Below, piece by piece: positions 1 through 15,069 of a stretch of 42,955 nucleotides of DNA. Position 1 is the first letter of the stretch, and the number at the start of each line of letters is the position of its first letter. Origin of the DNA: Octopus bimaculoides (taxonomy: Eukaryota); NCBI RefSeq assembly GCF_001194135.2, contig NC_068985.1, positions 72,602,655-72,645,609 on the forward strand. The letters are read 5' to 3'. The notes beneath the pieces are model-generated. The model had not been told where the DNA came from and made no database searches. It saw nothing but the letters and a program-made list of their open reading frames with translations. The position numbers and the translations under genes are program-made.

Positions 1-784
1 AGATGTAATGCAATATATTTTTGAAAGTGAGGGGGCATAAATGAGGCCATGAAAATTCATATATTTTTGCTATTGATGAAATTCTAACCATAGATATTAG
101 ACACAAATGAAGTAATATTTCTAAAATTTCAACTTCTTAGGAGTTAGTAAGACCCCTTAATGGGAACTTAACCCCCACAATTTAGTCATTTTCCTAAACC
201 AAGACGAATACAATTGTACTCTTGGAAGCTGTAGAGTCACCCGAGCATACAAGATGAGCGTTATTTGTAATTCAATGGTACAACACTGTAAGAGTTTGCT
301 TTGAGATACACTTAGATTGTGATTTCTGCAATGTGGTGCATAAATTGTCAAGTAAAGGAGAGGAGAGGCATCTTTGCTTCTACTGATTTAGTTGCAAAGT
401 GTTATTTTGAGTAAAGTTATTTGGTTGCAAACCTCCTTTGAGTCTTTATTATCACTGGGTCAGAGATAGTCCCCAGATGGTAACATTGATTTCAAGGCCT
501 TCCCAGATAAGTGACCGGTCATTCAAAGAGATTTATAGATTGCAAATTAATTCTGTCCAGTTACCTATCGGCAAACTTCAGAGGTGACTCTTTCATTTCC
601 CCTTAGCCCTCACGTCACACATTTGTTAATGTTTATTTGAGTTGGGTCACGCCCTTCCAATTACTATAGATCATGAATTGCTTGAAATTCAAAGACGCTG
701 CCTTCCAAGGAGCTGCCTTCAAAGTCATATGATGTTATCAACTTCATGTATGCAAACTTGGTCAAGGGATGCACTTCGACACTT

Positions 785-3655
785 GGTTGCCGAAGGGATA
801 TGATGCGACATTCAAAGCCGTTTTTATTGATGTTAAAGCCTCTGCCGCCTTGTTTTCGTTTTAGGTAGAGACGGTCTACGTCACTGTTTATGTGGAAATT
901 ATGTGTGCTTGTTTGTATTTTTCGAGTTTTCACATCAATGGCTCGGATCTCATCAAGCGTCTAATCAAGCAACCCAAATGTTGATATGAGTACTGGCAAT
1001 ACAAACACACATTGTGGGCCACTGTTTTATTGAATGCAGAGAACTCTGTGGTTCAAATTTTCTTTATTTGGCTATAATATTCTTTAGTGACACGTATTTT
1101 GTTATAGGTGACATTGTAAGATATATTTTCATCCACTCCTAGATACTTGTAACATTCCTCGTCGGGTACAGGGGAAATAGTCAAATCATTGATGGAGACG
1201 TTACTTAGTCTGGTTTATAGTCACCCCCTTTTCACAACCATATAACAACATTTATCCTGACTAAACTCCAGCCCTACATCCTTTGAGAATGTTGTAACTA
1301 GGTCAAGGCTCTTTTTTATCTCATGCATATTATCTGCATAAAGTTTCAAGTCATCCACAAAGAAACAGTGTGTAATTTTGGTATTTCTATTTCCTTGTGA
1401 ACCAGTGAGATATCCTTCAGATTTCCCTAACATGAATGACAAGGGGTTTACAGAAAGTATAAACAATATCACAGCGATGCTGCCTCTTTGGAATATGCCT
1501 TTGCGATACTGTATCCTATCGGTGATAATAGAGTCACTCTTTGTGTTTAATTTCAAGATAGTGGCCCCCGATGAAGTCAGGTCAGTTATGGCTTTGACCA
1601 ATCTCACTGGAACTTTAGCAAGTTGAAGGGCTTCTAGCATCCATGAGTGGGGAACAGAATCAAAGGCTTTCTTGTAGTCTAGCCACATTGAAACTAGGTT
1701 CCTCCTATGCTCTCGCACCTCTGACATCACAGTTTTGATTAACAATTGCTCGGCACATCCCCAGACTCCCTTCTTCCCAGCTACTTGTTCTGCTGTGATA
1801 ATGTTATTGGTTTCACAATGGTCTTGGAGGAAGAGGTTTAAACATGTTGTATATATCTTATACATTAAGTTCTGGCATGCAATTGGCCTGTAGTTTTTTG
1901 CCATGTGGGTGGTTCTGCATTTGGAGATCAATTTTGTCTCTGCCATAGCTAACGAGTATAGTATGCTACTGTTCCCAATGGAAGCTTGCTGGTAAAGATT
2001 GATAAGATATGGTCGGTATAATGTTAGCTTCTTGTACCAATCTCCAACAACTAAGTCTCTTCCAGGTGCTTTTCCATCCTGGAGTTTCTGGATCACAGTT
2101 GCAAGAGTTTCACCATCAATGGTGTATGTCTTGGATGTAACACAGGAGCAATAATTTTTCGGATTTCTTCCAGCCACAGAACATCTTGGTTAAATTCCTT
2201 CTCTTCACTCCAGATTTCCCCACTGAAGGAGTCTGTCTTCTCGAGAAAGAGTTTCTCTGATGTTTACTGCTCCTCCTCTCATGTCTCTGTATACTGCTGT
2301 CTGGTTGCGGTTAAAATTTTTTTTGTTTATTGTTCTTCTCTCGGTTATTCTCTTCTGATGTCGGAGTTTTTCACTGACAGCTTTTAGCTCCTGCTTCAAG
2401 GTTATCAGTTTGCAAGTGAGTGTCCTCTTTTTGCTATCTCCAAACATCATTTCTATCTCCTTTACTTTCTGTTGGTGGGTCGTATAGTGATTTGCTTGTT
2501 TGCGTGCAATAAGCATCATTACATGACTGATGGTCTTCCATAAACCAGTTATCTTTTTCTCTGTCTTCAAATCGATGGTACTTTATTTTGTTATTTCGAC
2601 TTTTTGAATATCATTCATGTACTGTTTTACAGTAGTAGCCAGAGCATATAGATATGCGTTAATCTGCCAGCATGTGGGTTCATCACATTCTTGTAAATAC
2701 TCATCACCAATTTCGTTCACAGCTTTTTATACCGTATCTGGTGTTTTTTTGTTTTTTTGTTTTTTTTTTTGCTTACTTTGGTAGAGAATACTCTCTCCTC
2801 GAGAGAGTCCTTTGAAACCAAAGTTATTTTCTCTCGGAAAATTTCAGTAAGGGCACGTTTCATCGGCATATAACCCTGACTACCACTACTACTACAATAA
2901 TCGTTGCGATTGTGCTTGCTATTTACCATAGTCGTAGTAGGGGGACAGTGGTCATTTACTTGAACCAATAATCTTGTTTAGCGGGCAGGCACTATCGAAT
3001 CTGTTGGAATGTCGCTAGCTGCAAACCCACGTGGTGGTCTTATATCATTTACATTTTCGTTTTTGCTTATAGAGTTGGGAAGAAGGTTAATTTTCGATTT
3101 TTTAATAAAGTTACAGTTACTAACCTTTCTATATTCTACAAATGTTGCTTGTTGGCGTAGTTGCTTCGCAGTAAAATGATTTAATTTTGGATGCAAATAT
3201 TCCAATATGATTTCAATCGATTCATACAGCCAACAGCAAATTTTGTTTCGCTAGATCATTATTCAATTCATAACTCCAACTGAAATGAGTTTTGTAGTTA
3301 CGGTTTCTTCTATAACTACAGCTAGAAAGAATTAGTTTACCAGTTAAGCTGTTGTTTTTCGTTCTGCTCCTCGATTGTGTTGTTGTTGATGTTGTGTCCA
3401 GCCATGTTGTTTGCAGTAATCTCTGCATGTTAAATTCAAGTTTCAGTCGAAAATCATTACGATCGTGAATAAAAGGCTCCCTCAATTAATTCATCTGAAG
3501 ATTAACCAGTTATTTAACAAGGCTGATAATAGTTGTGGCTCCTAAGCTGGAGATAATATTCATCGTATTTTCGATAAATAGTCTCCTACGCCATATACGC
3601 TTCTTTATTTCATAAATATTTGCCATAAAGGCATAGGCTACTTGTTGCTTCGGAT
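785..3655 (-). mobile_element. RLE-type non-LTR retrotransposon (R4/Dong-like), copy 1. 5' end apparently present, 3' end truncated before the CCHC/RLE domains; frameshifted.
   Basis: ORF 2177-1221 has RT motifs KAPGRD, NYRPIAC, WLDYKKAFDSVPHSW, GIFQRGS and FFVDDLKLY. Downstream NFHINSDVDRLYLKRKQGGRG and FECRIISLRQ (933-785) match copy 3. Upstream fragments (3485-2205) look like the N-terminal region. Homology to copy 3 stops near 785. Confidence 0.9.
1221..2177 (-). pseudogene. Reverse transcriptase domain of R4/Dong-like copy 1
   Basis: 318-aa open stretch with RT motifs. The catalytic motif is FVDD, and the usual QGD motif reads QRG. Frameshifts flank both sides. Confidence 0.9.
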
Positions 3656-3667
3656 GTATGATTTGAC

Positions 3668-3716
3668 TATGTATGTATGTATGTATGTATGTATGGCATG
3701 TATGTATGGCATGTAT
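3668..3716. repeat. (TATG)n microsatellite with GCATG variants; reads (CATA)n on the minus strand
   Basis: Direct reading; abuts the 5' end of R4 copy 1. Confidence 0.95.
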
Positions 3717-4406
3717 GGCGGAATGAGAGGCAGATAAAGAAAGAAAGATAAGGGGTGGCGTGGGTGAGGAGGTAAGTGCGGGAGAAGTTTTCTGTCTTGT
3801 TTACTAATATCCAACTCTCACAATACTAAAATATACAAACCCAATCTCCTCATTAGCCTACCTCTGTCATCTTTAATTAGCAATTAATTACCTACAAGTG
3901 ATCTATCCAATCAAGTGAGTCTGTTATGATAGCTAATAAGCACCCCCTACTAAGGTTGATTGGTGCTCTAATGACGTATATCAGCTATGATCCCATCAGT
4001 GCTGAAAATCTATTTTTAGGTGACTTGTTAAGCTCCTTCTTTTCCTTCTTTTTATACGTTCTCCTTTGTTGTAGGAGGACAAGGTTTTGTTTTGTTTTTT
4101 TTACTCCTTCCTATTGACGTTCTCCACCTGTCGGCTATGAATAATATCGTTAATTTATTATTAGGTGATTCAGTAGCAGCAGTAGTAGTAGTAATAGTGA
4201 TGGTAGTGATGGTGATGGCTTTGATAATAGACGTTGTTCCCCTACACTTAAACAGAATAATGAATTTGTGGGACCCGTTGTACCCCACCATCTCATAAGT
4301 ACTAAGTACTAATTTTATAGTACGTATTCCATGAGTATGCATGAATGAGTGTGTGATGTTGCACGCGCGCACACCTACGCACACTTTCAGGCATAAATAC
4401 GCGCGC

Positions 4407-4447
<41 letters not shown>

Positions 4448-4802
4448 CATTCATCCATACCTGCATCCATACCTTTTTATCCTTTATTCTTTACTCGTTT
4501 CACTCATTCGATTGCGGTTATTCTGGGGCACTCCCTTGAAGAGTTTACTCGAACAAATCAATCTCAGTGCTGAGATTTAAAATCTAGTATTCATTATATC
4601 AGTCACTTTGGCCGAACTGCTAAGCAGTGGGTGGACAAATACGAACACAAAAGCTACACGTGCACACATATATACATACATATNNNNNNNNNNNNNNNNN
4701 NNNNNNNNNNNNNNNNNNNNNNNNNNNNNNNNNNNNNNNNNNNNNNNNNNNNNNNNNNNNNGTGTGTGTGTGTGTGTGTGTGCGTGTGTCTGTGATAGTG
4801 AA

Positions 4803-5083
4803 CGCGCGTAGCCAAGTGGTTAGGGCGTTGCACACACGTTCGCGTGAACATAGTTTCGATTCCCAGACCGGCTGTGCGATGCGTTCTGGAGCGAAAATGC
4901 CTTATTTTACGCTACTCCAGTCCACTCAGCTGTAAATGGTTAACCCAGCAACGCATGGTCTTTCGGTTTAGGAGAATGTTGGCCTGCCTGCCTAGCGGGG
5001 TGGCATCATCTGAACACTAAAAACAAGGTAAAGTGCTTTGTGACCTGCAATGTGTAACAGCATTCGACAGTCTGGTCCATACC
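4803..5083 (+). mobile_element. tRNA-derived SINE, family C, diverged
   Basis: A-box-like TAGCCAAGTGG and B-box-like GTTTCGATTCC (4853-4863). Shares TTATTTTACG..CTCCAGTCCACTCAGCTG with the 33484-33797 copy. Confidence 0.7.
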
Positions 5084-5159
5084 GTGTGTGTGTGTGTGTG
5101 TGTATAAATATATATATATACATATATATATATACACATACATACATTCACATACATAT

Positions 5160-5835
5160 ATGCAGGAAAAGCAGTAAAATGTGACAACCGATGCAGTCTT
5201 TATGGAGTTATCACAGAAGATATCACCCACATCATAAGCAGTTGTCTGAAAATATTTTCACGGTATTATCTACCGATCAGACATGGCGTTGTAACTTGGA
5301 CACTGTATAACGGGGTCCGGCGAAAAGATAATCCCGAGGTCAACGAAATAAGAACCCACAGTATGGTGGAAGCCATAGCCATTCATAATAAAAAGGAATT
5401 CTGGTGGAATGTCCCAGTCGAAACATCAATAAAGTGGAAACACAACAGACCTGATATAATGATTTGCGATAGAGGAGAGAAACTGTGCAGTTATGTAAAT
5501 TAGCTGCCCAGCGGATGCTAACATAAAGCTGAAGATCACTGAAAAAGAGTATATCTATACTGAACTATTGAGAAATCTGCAGTTACTCTATCCAGATTAC
5601 AAGTTCAGATTTATACCTGTAATTATTGGCGCACTGGGATATGTAACACATTGCCTAAGTACCAATCTTGAGAAATTAGGCTCCTCAAAATCAGAAAGAA
5701 GAAAGCTGATTCGAAGACTACAGATCCACTTTATCACTAGAATTGTAAAAATCTGTAAAACTTTCCAGAAGTTTATCATTTAAGTATATATGAGCATGTC
5801 TAGATATGCAAGTACATGCATGAGAATACAAAACA
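5160..5835 (+). mobile_element. R4/Dong-like LINE 3' fragment, copy 2 (CCHC knuckle + RLE endonuclease), 5'-truncated
   Basis: AGKAVKCDNRCSLYGVITEDITHIISSC (CCHC region), FWWNVPV, KHNRPDIMI, then LRNLQLLYPDYKFRFIPVIIGALG...VKICKTFQKFII* (stop 5783). Starts directly after a CATA-like microsatellite. Confidence 0.88.
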
Positions 5836-5943
5836 TACAAATGTGCACATATATATAACATTGTTGTGTACTACCATGTGAAATTACTTGCTTGTAATTT
5901 GTATATTTGGCTAATATGCCTTTCAGGAAGAATTTCCATTATA

Positions 5944-6481
5944 CGAGGGTGACCAGGAAAGTTTATAGTTTGATTATGAAGGAGTGATGCTAGAGCTGTG
6001 AAATATTGCATGCATTAATTTCAACTCTTCTTATTAATAACTGATTGTTTCTTTCCAGGTAAACCGACATCTGACTGATCAAAAAACTTTGAAAGTAACT
6101 AGTAGCGACTTCTCTTTAAAATCGACAAAATTTGGCATCTCAGTATTATCAAGTACCTGCAAAAAAAGGTTTTAGCCCCCATGGACATTCGTGCTGCTGA
6201 CATGGTTGCTACACTAGGAGACGACGCTCCAGCTTTATCAACAGTGCAAAAAGACAGCTGAATTTAGGAGGAAAAGGTTGTCAGGAAGATGACCCAAGAT
6301 CTGGGCGTCCTGAAACTGCCAGCACTGAGGAAAACTTCGATAAGTGTTCACCACATGGTGTTGGAATATAGGCGATTCACTATAAATCAAATAGTCAATG
6401 TTATTAACGTATCCCGTGAGAGAGTTGAGAATATTCTGTTCAATGAACTTGGCACAACGCGGGTTTCTGCTCGGTGTAATC
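5944..6481 (+). mobile_element. mariner transposon, left part (TIR + transposase HTH region to the WVP linker)
   Basis: TA at 5942-5943, then CGAGGGTGACCAGGAAAGTTT. Degenerate translation from 6121: DKIW..IIKYLQKK..AP..MVATLGDDAPALSTVQK..EDDPRSGRPETA..SRERVENILFNELGTTRVSAR. Confidence 0.88.
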
Positions 6482-6954
6482 CAAAAGGGCGAGCGATACT
6501 CTATCTCAACCTGAGTCTACTAGGGGTTTGGTCACATTAGAGATACAATGTCTGTAGACTATTCAGCTCAAACCGATACCTTACACTATAATTTAAATAA
6601 TAAGCAGGTCGACTGATCGAAAAGCTGGATACTCGTCGTCGAAATCAACGGAGGATCCATTTACTCTTAGTAGAAATACGTAGGTTGGAGATAATAGGGT
6701 ATGGAGCCAGTAATATAAAAGAAAAAGAAAAGTAATGGCAGAGAACTGAGAGTGCTATATAGATGACTCAGCACTGAGTCAACCAACTGGCCTAACAAAA
6801 TCCAATATATCATATGTCAAACGATAACGATTCAGCCATCCTGTAAGGTATGAAATTTCTAAGTTAGAATGTCACCCCAACATTCCTCTATAAGAATGTA
6901 TATCAGTGTAGACTTTTAGTGTCAGCTGCTGGTATTTAGTTCGAGGTCAGAAGT

Positions 6955-7041
6955 TTTCGCCTAACAAACTATGATCAAAGGTATTTCAGCCATATTCACT
7001 CGTCTTTTTCTTAGACATAGTGTATCTTAGGACTATATTAT
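6955..7041. mobile_element. Short dispersed repeat (family D), partial
   Basis: ACTATGATCAAAGG..AGACATAGTGTATCTTAGGACTA, shared with 21389-21607 and 30297-30465. Confidence 0.45.
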
Positions 7042-7703
7042 ATGGCGTCTCTTTCTTTTGAGATACAACTGCTATTCCAAGCAGATCGAACGAGCGCTAG
7101 TAAAGTTTCGGTTCTAAGTGCGAATATTTGTACGAGAGTGTGTGTGGATATTTGTGCGTGACAGGATATATGTATGTATACGTGTGTGTGTGTGTGTGTG
7201 TGTGGTATTTGTAAAAATGCATGTATGTATAGTGTGCTCGTGTATATTTGCATAGGTGCATGTGTATATACTTCGTGATTTTGTAAGGATAGGTGTATGC
7301 ATACGTGTATGCGTGTATGTATTTGCAAAGATCTATGTTGTACACATTTCTGTGTCAATGTATTTACATATATGTGTGTATTTGTAATGTGGCTTCTCAC
7401 AACAATCCTGCCCCGGCCTTTGCATCTAATAAATCCATTACGTTCACCTACAGTAATGCTAATCCTGTGTACACATCGTCTACAGATATGCTAATCTCTG
7501 GTAAGTACTTTACAGAATCATGAAAAACAATTAATGTTGCTGATTACTTTTGTCAAACTTATTGTTGTGGTTTAAGTTTGTTTCTTGGTCATCGGAAACA
7601 TTTGGCTTTTATTGCATCAATGCATTTGTGCGTACATGATTTTCTATTTAACAGCACACCTACACACGCATGCACACCCACCCACACGTACACACACACA
7701 TAT

Positions 7704-7712
7704 TGTGTGAGT

Positions 7713-7790
<78 letters not shown>
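7704..7790. repeat. Compound (GA)n/(GT)n microsatellite
   Basis: Direct reading. Confidence 0.95.
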
Positions 7791-7794
<4 letters not shown>

Positions 7795-8692
7795 ACGTGA
7801 TTTTTTACAGGAGTATTGTTACTTCCAGTTGGAGCACTCTCACCATACCTAAACTCAGCTTTGTCTGAGGTATTTTCTGACAGGGCTAAGTCTTTAATTA
7901 TTGCGGTATCATCTTAACGAACGTACATATCTTGGGGATTTGATTCCCACGGTCCAATTCCTTGGACTGAAAAGTTGTCTTTCTTTCAGATATACCGTTC
8001 CTTTTTGCCCGAGTTAAACGTCATTAATATACTAAGTGATTACTTTCATTGCCTGGATTAGTTACTGGTAATTTAATGTTCTTCAGTCATTCATAATTCA
8101 TTTTTAGTAAAAGAACACCATATATTTTTGTCTTCTGATGACATGATTAAGTACGGAAAATGTAATATAAATTGTTCAATAAATTCACCTTCAATAACAC
8201 AAACTAGTTCGGAGATTTCTTAATTCGTCATAAATTTTCCTGATGCCATCAACTTTGTCGACTACTGTTTCACTTTGGAAATAAAGAATTTAATCATGAA
8301 ATTCTCAGTAATATTACTATAAACAGCCATTCCTAGAAACCCACCTTAGTCGTGCAAGATAAGAAATTTCATGGCAAGTTAATGAAACCACATTTCTCTG
8401 TTACTGCAACGAGAAAAGTAAAACGTTAAATCTTATTAGAAAACTTCATGCTGACAATATGAGTCGTGTTGTGAATAAAAAGTGAAAGACATCCTACTAT
8501 AGAAACAGAAAGCACATTATATTTCAATAAGTCCTCTCTGGTGCACACCATGGAAGAAAATTTATCGCATGTGAATACAATATTTTCTAAATAACTATTT
8601 CTTTCTCACAGCTGTTGTGTCTATCAATGCGTCTCCTAAATCATGTTTATGAAAATCAACGTACCTCACAACAATAGCTAAAATCTTGCAAC

Positions 8693-11240
<2,548 letters not shown>

Positions 11241-11514
11241 GCATATTCCATCTTACGTCTTTCATTTGCCATACACACATATATGTATGTATGCGCATGT
11301 GTGCTTACATTCATAAATATATTCATATCTACAGATTTTAGCATATTTTCCGTTCGTATAGTGAAATGATACTAGTTAAGCCTTACTTTTTTATATACTA
11401 AAATACAATTCGAAAACGCAAAGGACGGAATAAAATGAGAGAATAAGATAAAGTTGCTGTGACGTTACAAAATTTACTACGTCAACATAGTCTCTCTTTC
11501 TCTCCCTCTCCCCT

Positions 11515-11562
<48 letters not shown>

Positions 11563-12084
11563 GATCACTTTTAAATCTCCACATCGCTTTCATCTCCTGA
11601 ATGTTTACATAACTCCCACTCTTCCTCAGCCTCTCACATACAATTCTCTGTCATACTTCCTCAATCTCTCTTAACTCCCTCTTGTTTTCCTTCTCTATCT
11701 CTTCATTTATTTTCCCCATTTCCGTCTTCCTATCTTTATCTCGTTCCCTCCCACATCCTCTTTCTATATTCATCCATTCTCCGTTATTGATACTAACGTC
11801 TGCGTCAATGTCCCCGTCACCACCACCACCACAACCACCACCACCATAACTACTTTTTTCGGACTCTATTTGAGTTACCTTAACGCGGCGCACAAAATGC
11901 ACATAGGAATGTACTACTGTTCATTAATTATATACACACATACACACATATACATGTACACACACACACACGCACACACACAAACGTATACACACAAAGA
12001 CACACATACATACCACATACACATACACAAACACACACACACATATTGGTTCATCCCATAAATAGTGTGGGTTTTTTTCAATTC

Positions 12085-14163
12085 CATGAACTAAAAGTAG
12101 TGTACAAACTGTGCACAAGTTGCCTCAGACAATTCCTCCAGGACCATTGTGAGTCGAACAACATTGTGACTGACGAACAAGCTGATGGAAAGAAGAGAAT
12201 GTGGGGATGTGCCGAACAACTTTTAATAAACAAAGCTGTACTGTCTGAAGTAAGAAAACAACGCAGAAACCTTGTGACAATATGGCTTGACTATGAGAAG
12301 GCATTCGACTCTATTTCTCATCATGGCTGTTGAAGTACCTATATCTGGCAAAGGTACCTACTAACTTAGTTGCTGCTATAGAGGGATTCACAAAGACATG
12401 GACAACTATTCTTACCCTTACTACTAAGAACAGAATAATTGTTTTTAATAGTATAAGCATTACAAAGGGAATATTCCAGAGAGATAGTCTTTTTGTACTT
12501 CTTTTCATTTTGGCACTGAATTCATTATCGTTCCCACTGCAGAAAAGAAATGGTTACATGCTAGGATCTTCAACAGCTAGAAATATCAATGTAACTCAGA
12601 ATTCCTTTGTAGACGACCTGAAGATTTATTCTAAAAGTGTTAACAATGCCAAAAAACAACTGGAATTAATAACATTTTCAGCTGATACAGGCATGGAATT
12701 TGGCCAAAAGAAATGTTCATATTTGGTTATAGAACGAGGAAAGTCAGTCCCCCAAACCCAAAACCTGTGCACCAACGGGCTCTCTATCTCCCACATTCCA
12801 CACAAAGAATGTTACAAGTACCTAGGTATATACGAAAATGTATCATATGAAGGCACTGTGAATAAAGACAGAGTGACCCGAGAATATTATACCAGACTTA
12901 GGAAAATACGGCAGTTGGAACTCTCCTATTGCAACAGAACAATATTCCGCAATGTATTTTCAGTACTAGTGCTGATTCCAATATTTGGGATACTTGATTG
13001 GTTTGAAGAGGAAATCCACTCCATAGATATCAAAACCCACAAAATCCTGACAACAACTGGGAACTTCCACAGAAACAGTGATGTTGACAGGCTCTACCTA
13101 AGAAGAAATGAAGGTTGTAGGGGCCTGAGATCGGTGTACACAGCCTTCGAATGCCGTATGGTATCACTCAGGCAGCACCTACTAAACAACAGTAGCAAGA
13201 ATAAATATTTTAATGCAGTCCTGAAAAGTGAAGTGAGCAACATTATACGAGTTGGCAATGAACTCCTCAAGAAACACTCTCTTCCTGATGATCTATACAG
13301 CCCCAAAACAGCTGGGCTCTCTTACCTCAGAGAAAACCTGGATGGAAAGCACTCAGCATGCAAAAAAAAAACAAACCATGTATGGATATGTTGCCCGGAA
13401 GCTTGAAGAAGACAGTAGAATTGACACGAAGCGCAGCCTCTTTTGGACACAAGACCACCACATCATATCACACTTTGAAGGCTATGCGTTTGCAATCCAG
13501 GAACAGGAGATTGCCACAAAGTACCTGGTGAACAAGAGAGACAGTGACACTCTTGTAATCCTAAGGAGCAACCGCATGTGTAGGCTATGTCATGTGTCTG
13601 TGAAAGACATTACGCATGTGATTAGCAGCTGTCCTAAAATGTCGTCACGGTACTAACTCCCTATGCGCCACGATGTTGTTGCTAAAACAATTTACAATGT
13701 CATCTGCAAAAAAGACTGTCCTGAAATAAACTTAGAAAATCCCTCTGTTATGGAATACATTCATAAACACCAACTCAGGGAATACTGGTGGAATATTCAC
13801 ATCAAAACTTCTATCAAATGTGAGTATAACAGACCGGATATTGTTGTTTGGGACAGAGGGGCAAAAATACGTATCATCATAGAGGCTAGCTGCCCTACAG
13901 ATATAAATATCTCTTTGAAAATCAAAGAAAAAGATGATATTTATTGACAACTGCTTCTAAACCTCCAACTTCTATATCCAGACTATGAATTCATATTCAT
14001 ACCAATAACAATTGGAGCACTAGTTTTCATTAGTAAATGCTTAAAGGAGAATCTGGATAAACTGGGATTTTCAAAAAGAGAAATTGACGGGCTGATTCGT
14101 ACAAGTCCAATCTGTGAGTGGAACAGTAAAAATGTGCAAGACTTTTCTCAAGTTCCAAATGTG
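12085..14163 (+). mobile_element. R4/Dong-like LINE copy 3 (RT, thumb, CCHC, RLE); 5'-truncated, 3' UTR missing
   Basis: WGCAEQLLINK, WLDYEKAFDSISH, GIFQRDS, FVDDLKIY, YKYLG, NFHRNSDVDRLYL, EGYAFAIQEQEI, CRLC..DITHVISSC, RHDVVA, RPDIVVWD..IIIEASCP (PD-(D/E)xK RLE), KTFLKFQM. Several frameshifts. Confidence 0.92.
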
Positions 14164-14266
14164 GTTCGGTGGTATTTTTCCCAGTCTTCTTCTTTTCATG
14201 GACCGACATCTTTACATGATTGTTTTTTCTTTGTTTTTGTTTTTTTTTGTTTTTTTTTTCGTTTAT

Positions 14267-14800
14267 CTATAACAGGTCTTGAAGCACATTTAGTGTGACC
14301 TCTCTTTCTTCACGTTTTATAATCCTCTCAGCTTCCTTTAAATGTTCTTCCATATCCTTTAACGACATAATTTCAAGCTTATATGTAACTTTTGCGACGG
14401 AAGGTTCTATTTGAACCTACTCTTTCTTTGTCCAAAATTTTACTGATTTGTGTGGTGGTCGTAGTGTGGTGGTGGTGGTCGTAGTGTGGTGGTGGTCGTC
14501 GTAGTGTGGTGGTGGTCGTCGTAGTGTGGTGGTGGTGGTGGTGGTGGTGGTGATATTTTCCTTGCACAATTGGCTGCTGCTAGTTATATTTAATGCTTCC
14601 TTGATCGAATTCTCGTTACTCCTGACACTTCTACTCTCTTCGTTGTTGTTGTTGTCATTGCTGTTGCTATTCCTCCTACTACTGCCATTATCATTTACAT
14701 TTAGAGTGAGTGGGGTTGAGTTACGGCGAAAAACAATTTCGCGTTCTACATCTCCTCCCACTTCCTTCTCATGTTGACTTGCTGACAAAGACGACGCCAT
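14267..14800 (-). pseudogene. Degenerate orphan ORF, possibly the ORF1/gag-like 5' part of a retroelement
   Basis: ATG at 14800 opens MASSLSASQHEKEVGGDVERE..; the same frame continues past one TAG (14419-14417) for 49 codons (VQIEPSVAKVTYKLEIMSLKDMEEHLKEAERIIKREEREVTLNVLQDLL). No family motif recognised. Confidence 0.4.
14451..14552. repeat. 20-bp higher-order minisatellite GTAGTGTGGTGGTGGT(G/C)GTC merging into (GGT)n
   Basis: Units at 14461-80, 14481-500 and 14501-20, plus partial flanking units. Confidence 0.92.
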
Positions 14801-15014
14801 ATTAAATTTTGAAAGTTTTGAAAGGAAAATAAATTTTCTTTTCGAGTGATTTTTGCCCCGCAGGGCAAAAGAAAATAACCCTGTTAATTAGACCAATATG
14901 GTCTGGATTAACTTAGTCACGAGTTATTAAAATAAAATGTAACAACAGCAATCTTTGTAGAAGTAAACAAGGGACATACTGACGGAGCTCCGAAATACAC
15001 GACCAGCTCTGGCG

Positions 15015-15047
<33 letters not shown>

Positions 15048-15069
15048 ATGTCAACTATTTTGTTGCGTG

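Noticed and set aside
1-160. Possible TTAA-flanked DNA transposon end (..GTAAGACCCC|TTAA at 157-160)
   Set aside because: The partner end would lie outside the window and there is no coding support, so it cannot be distinguished from chance.
157-780. Short ORFs and coding-like composition downstream of R4 copy 1
   Set aside because: No recognisable motif in any frame I translated.
4052-4935. ORFs rich in HT/CV/YI dipeptides (and all similar ones across the window)
   Set aside because: They are translations of (CA)n, (TG)n and (TA)n microsatellites.
7801-7875. Candidate 59-nt exon (TTTTTTACAG|GAGTATTG..GTCTGAG|GT; one open frame VLLLPVGALSPYLNSALSE)
   Set aside because: No recognisable protein similarity and no partner exons; such splice-like pairs are common by chance. 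RNA-seq would be needed.
8130-8165. CTGATGA..GGAAA hammerhead-like core
   Set aside because: The intervening CATG/GTAC cannot pair as helix II, and no helix III/UH site follows.
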